In this document: piece by piece, positions 60,401 to 64,000 of the stretch
Layout: the number at the start of each line of letters is the position of its first letter
How positions within the stretch are numbered: the stretch's first letter is position 1
NCBI RefSeq assembly: GCF_009914755.1
Contig: NC_060939.1
DNA length: 64,000 nt
Strand: one strand, 5' to 3'
Source: the human T2T-CHM13v2.0 reference genome, Homo sapiens
Position numbers and translations under genes: made by a program
Notes under the pieces: model-generated
What the model was told of the DNA's origin: nothing
Database searches by the model: none
What the model saw: the letters and a program-made list of their open reading frames with translations, nothing else

Positions 60401-61514
60401 TAGCCAGGATGGTCTCGATCTCCTGACCTTGTGATCCGCCTGCCTTGGCCTCCCAGGCTGATAGCTTTTTCTACTCCTTCGTGGCATAGCTGGTTTCATT
60501 AATTCCTAGGAAAGGGCTTCAGAAAATAAGTAGGGAAGAGATTGTTGAGAGATGGGAAATGCATCATTTTCTTGTCTATACTTGGGGGCATGGTGGCTAT
60601 TAATGAGCCAAAGGGTAACGACGCTCTGAGGTGACTCAGCACTGACGGGAAGAGAAAATCATCTGAGAGTCATCTTGGCCCAGAGTCAGACTCTAGTTCC
60701 CATATTATACATTTTAGAAAGAAATGAAAAGAGGAAGAAGATATCTTTATGAGTACTATTGAGGACCTGGTACATATGCCTTTTTCTCTCTTACTCGTAC
60801 TTTCATTCCAAAGTCCAATGTTTTATCGGTGTTTTAAGACAAGCAAAGGACTGACTATCCTCATTCCCTTGCATCTCTTTTACCTAAAAATGAACATATG
60901 GTAATTAGACTCAATGACTGTTGGCTGGATGTCTATGTAGGTGTAACTACAGTGAACAACATGGAACACATTAACAAGTACCAGGCATACTTGACTTCAT
61001 TGAAAAGTTGACTTCTAGCTAGGGAGACAAAACAATATGCATGAAAGAGACATTAAATCACCATTAAATCATTTTAACAGAAAACTTTAAAAGCGTATTA
61101 CACACTCCCATGACTTCTAAAAAAGAATATTCTAAATGTAATTGGGCTTTTTTTGGGGGGAGTGCTTTTTTTGCAGCTCATTGTTAATATCTAAGTAATG
61201 AATTGTATTTTTTTTTCTTTAGATGGAGTCTCACTCTGTCGCTCAGGCTGGAGTGCAGTGGCGCGATCTAGGCTTACTGCAACCTCCACCTCCCAGGTCC
61301 AAGTGATTCTCTTGCCTCAGATTCCTGGGTAGCTGGAACTACAGGCGCCCACCACCACGCCCGGCTAATTTTTTGTATTTTTAGTAGAGACGGGGGTTTC
61401 ACTATGTTAGCCAGGATGGTCTCGATCTCCTGACCTAGTGATCTGCCCACCTTGGCCTCCCAAAGTGCTGGGATTACAGGCATGAGCCACTGCGCCCAGC
61501 CTATGAATTGTACT

Positions 61515-61876
61515 TTTTAAAAAAAAAATTATACTTTAAGTTCTGGGGTACATGTGCAGAACATGCAGGTTTTTACATAGCTATACACGTGCCATGGTGG
61601 TTTGTTGCACCCATCAACTGGTCATCTACATTAGGTATTTCTCCTAATGCTACCCTTCTCCTAGCCCCTACCCCCGAGAGGTGCTGTTGTGTGATGGTCC
61701 CCTCCCTGTGCCCATGTGTTCTCATTGTTCAACTGCCATTTATGAGTGAAAACATGTCGTGTTTGGTTTTCTGTTCTTGTGTTAGTTTGCTGAGAATGGT
61801 GGTTTCCAGCTTTATCCATGTCCCTGCAAAGGACATGAACTCATCCTTTTTTTATGGCTGCATAGTATTTCATGGT
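61515..61876 (-). mobile_element. 5'-truncated primate L1PA 3' end
   Basis: TTATACTTTAAGTTCTGGGGTACATGTGCAGAAC...GGACATGAACTCATCCTTTTTTATGGCTGCATAGTATT. Confidence 0.9.
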
Positions 61877-62470
61877 AAATTGTATTTTAATGCTAAGATT
61901 CCTTCAGGAACTCTCAGGCACATAGAGCTGTCTGGTCCTAAGCAGCTCTGAAGAAAGCAAGCCAAGAAAGCAACTTTGCTTTGTAAAGTTCTGTTTTTCC
62001 CTTTCACCTGCTCTTAGTGTCTTCTGAATCACTTTTATGAACTGTTTGATCTTCAGACTGGACATTTCCATGGTTTTCCCTAGATGTCTTCTTGTCATAA
62101 AATTCCACAAGACATTCAATCCCTAGCCATTGATTTCTTTCTCTCTTTCACTCACAGGATCATACATTGTTTCAGTGGGCAATGAATGAATCCAGTGGAG
62201 CCTTGTCTTACACATCAGATGAAACGGCTGGCTGGTTTAGGGGCCACAGAGATTGAAAATTTGTTTTAAGCATTAGAATCACTCTAAGCACTCTACGATA
62301 CACATGAGCACAGGCACATGAGAGCAGAGGCAAAGAAGAGCAGATTCAAATCTTCCATGTCACACTCATTCCAGACATATACTAATTAAGTAGAATTGAG
62401 GGCATATTCCTACTGTATTTAGAATTTTTCATTTCCTTTTTGTTTTTGGACAAATGGATAGAGTTGAACA

Positions 62471-62555
62471 AGTTGAATGTTTCAGTGAGCCCACTGTACC
62501 TACCACATAAAAGGCAGTGTGTTAGGTTCAAGGCATTCACTGATTTTTTTCTTTT
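62471..62555 (-). ncRNA. MIR5094: MIR5094 precursor hairpin (intronic in AP3S2); mature arm ~62524-62545
   Basis: The minus strand reads AAUCAGUGAAUGCCUUGAACCU, which I recognise as miR-5094. It folds back on UAGGUACAGUGGGCUCACUGA (UCAGUGA/UCACUGA and ACCUA/UAGGU pairs). Confidence 0.8.
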
Positions 62556-63136
62556 TTTTTTTTTGAGACAGGGTCTTGCTCTGTCACTATCACTCAAGCT
62601 GCAGAGCAGAGGCGTGATCATGGCTCACTGCAGCCATGGCCTCCCAGGCTCAAGTGATCCCACCTCAGCCTCCAGAGTAGCTGGGACCACAGACCTGCAT
62701 CACCACACCCAGCTAATTTTTGTATTTTTTGTAGAGACAGGGTTTCACCATGTTACCCAGGCTGATCTCAAACTCCTGGGCTCAAGCAATCCTTCTGTTT
62801 CAACCTCCCAGAGTGCTGGGATTACAGCACCTGGCCGATTTTTCACTAAAAGAACATAATCTCTAAAATGTCTATTTTCAAATATGCTTAACATCACAGA
62901 TTGTTAAGAGCTGGAAGAAGGAAATGAAGATAAGATGTGGACCCTGTCCTTAAAGAGTTTAGAATCAAGTAAGAAAGATTAAACATGTACAGAATTAACT
63001 ATAATAAAAGGAAGTCTGTGATAAATACCATGACCCAAGTACAAAGTACTATGTTATTTCAGAGAAGGGTGGCCTTAAAACTAACTGGCAATTGGAGGAA
63101 AAGGCATCCAGGCAGAGGGAATGGCAAATTACCTAG

Positions 63137-63385
<249 letters not shown>

Positions 63386-64000
63386 TGATCTTGAACTCCT
63401 GACCTTGTGATCTGCCCAACTCGGCCTCCCAAAGTGCTGGGATTACAGGCATGAGCCACCGCGCCCAACTCAACTTCTTTTTTAATTAATAAAAGGATCA
63501 CTCACTCACTGGCTTCATATTTTATGCTCTTTGAATATATATAGTTGACTGCAGTAAAGTATACTCACTACATATTATTACTTCCTTTTTTAAAAAAACC
63601 AGTTCCTATTATGAGTCAGGGTTCTCCGTGAAATCATTTTTTTTTTTTAATGTTCTAGCAGGACTTTTTCTTTCTAACCCAGTGTTTCATCCTCCTTTGG
63701 CTACTACCTGTTTGCACTGCTGATCCCAAATGCCAAGCACAGTGCTAAGTACAGAAAAAGATCCAGACCTTGTCCTTTTGAATTTCATCCTTCCTTGGTT
63801 GCTTATCTGCTAAGAAAACATGACACAAACACATTTCCCCACATTTAGGATGTCAAAGCAGGCGGGAATACTACAGGCAGCATTGCAGAGTGTAGAGGGT
63901 GCGGGTCCATAATCAGAGTCCAGGATCTGAATGTGGCTCTATCACTTACCAGCTGTGTGACCTTAGAGAAACTGAGGCTTCCTACCAATAAACCTCAGTT

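Overview
Human (primate) genomic DNA, recognisable as the ANPEP–AP3S2 region (15q26.1); both genes are on the minus strand. ANPEP (aminopeptidase N/CD13, an M1 zinc aminopeptidase) is present from its non-coding myeloid exon 1 in a CpG island (~26.6-26.7 kb) through coding exons 2-20 (ATG at 18448 down to 2348). These join into 2751 coding nt (aa 1-917); the last exon lies left of the window. The 3' end of AP3S2 (AP-3 sigma-3B) is present: exon 5, exon 6 with a ~5 kb 3'UTR, and part of the large upstream intron, which hosts the MIR5094 hairpin. The rest is Alu-dense intron and intergenic DNA with L1, L2/MIR, MLT1 and hAT relics. Almost all ORFs in the supplied track are Alu, antisense or GC-rich artefacts. 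I found no new multi-gene system. The best unexplained signals are: (1) a ~43-bp near-perfect hairpin made by inverted duplication of a MIR relic in ANPEP intron 1; (2) a 124-bp, 97%-identical inverted repeat pair bracketing 2.1 kb upstream of ANPEP; (3) an inverted Alu pair in the AP3S2 3'UTR whose inclusion depends on poly(A)-site choice; (4) a GC-AG first intron with an adjacent G-quadruplex motif and a NAGNAG acceptor.
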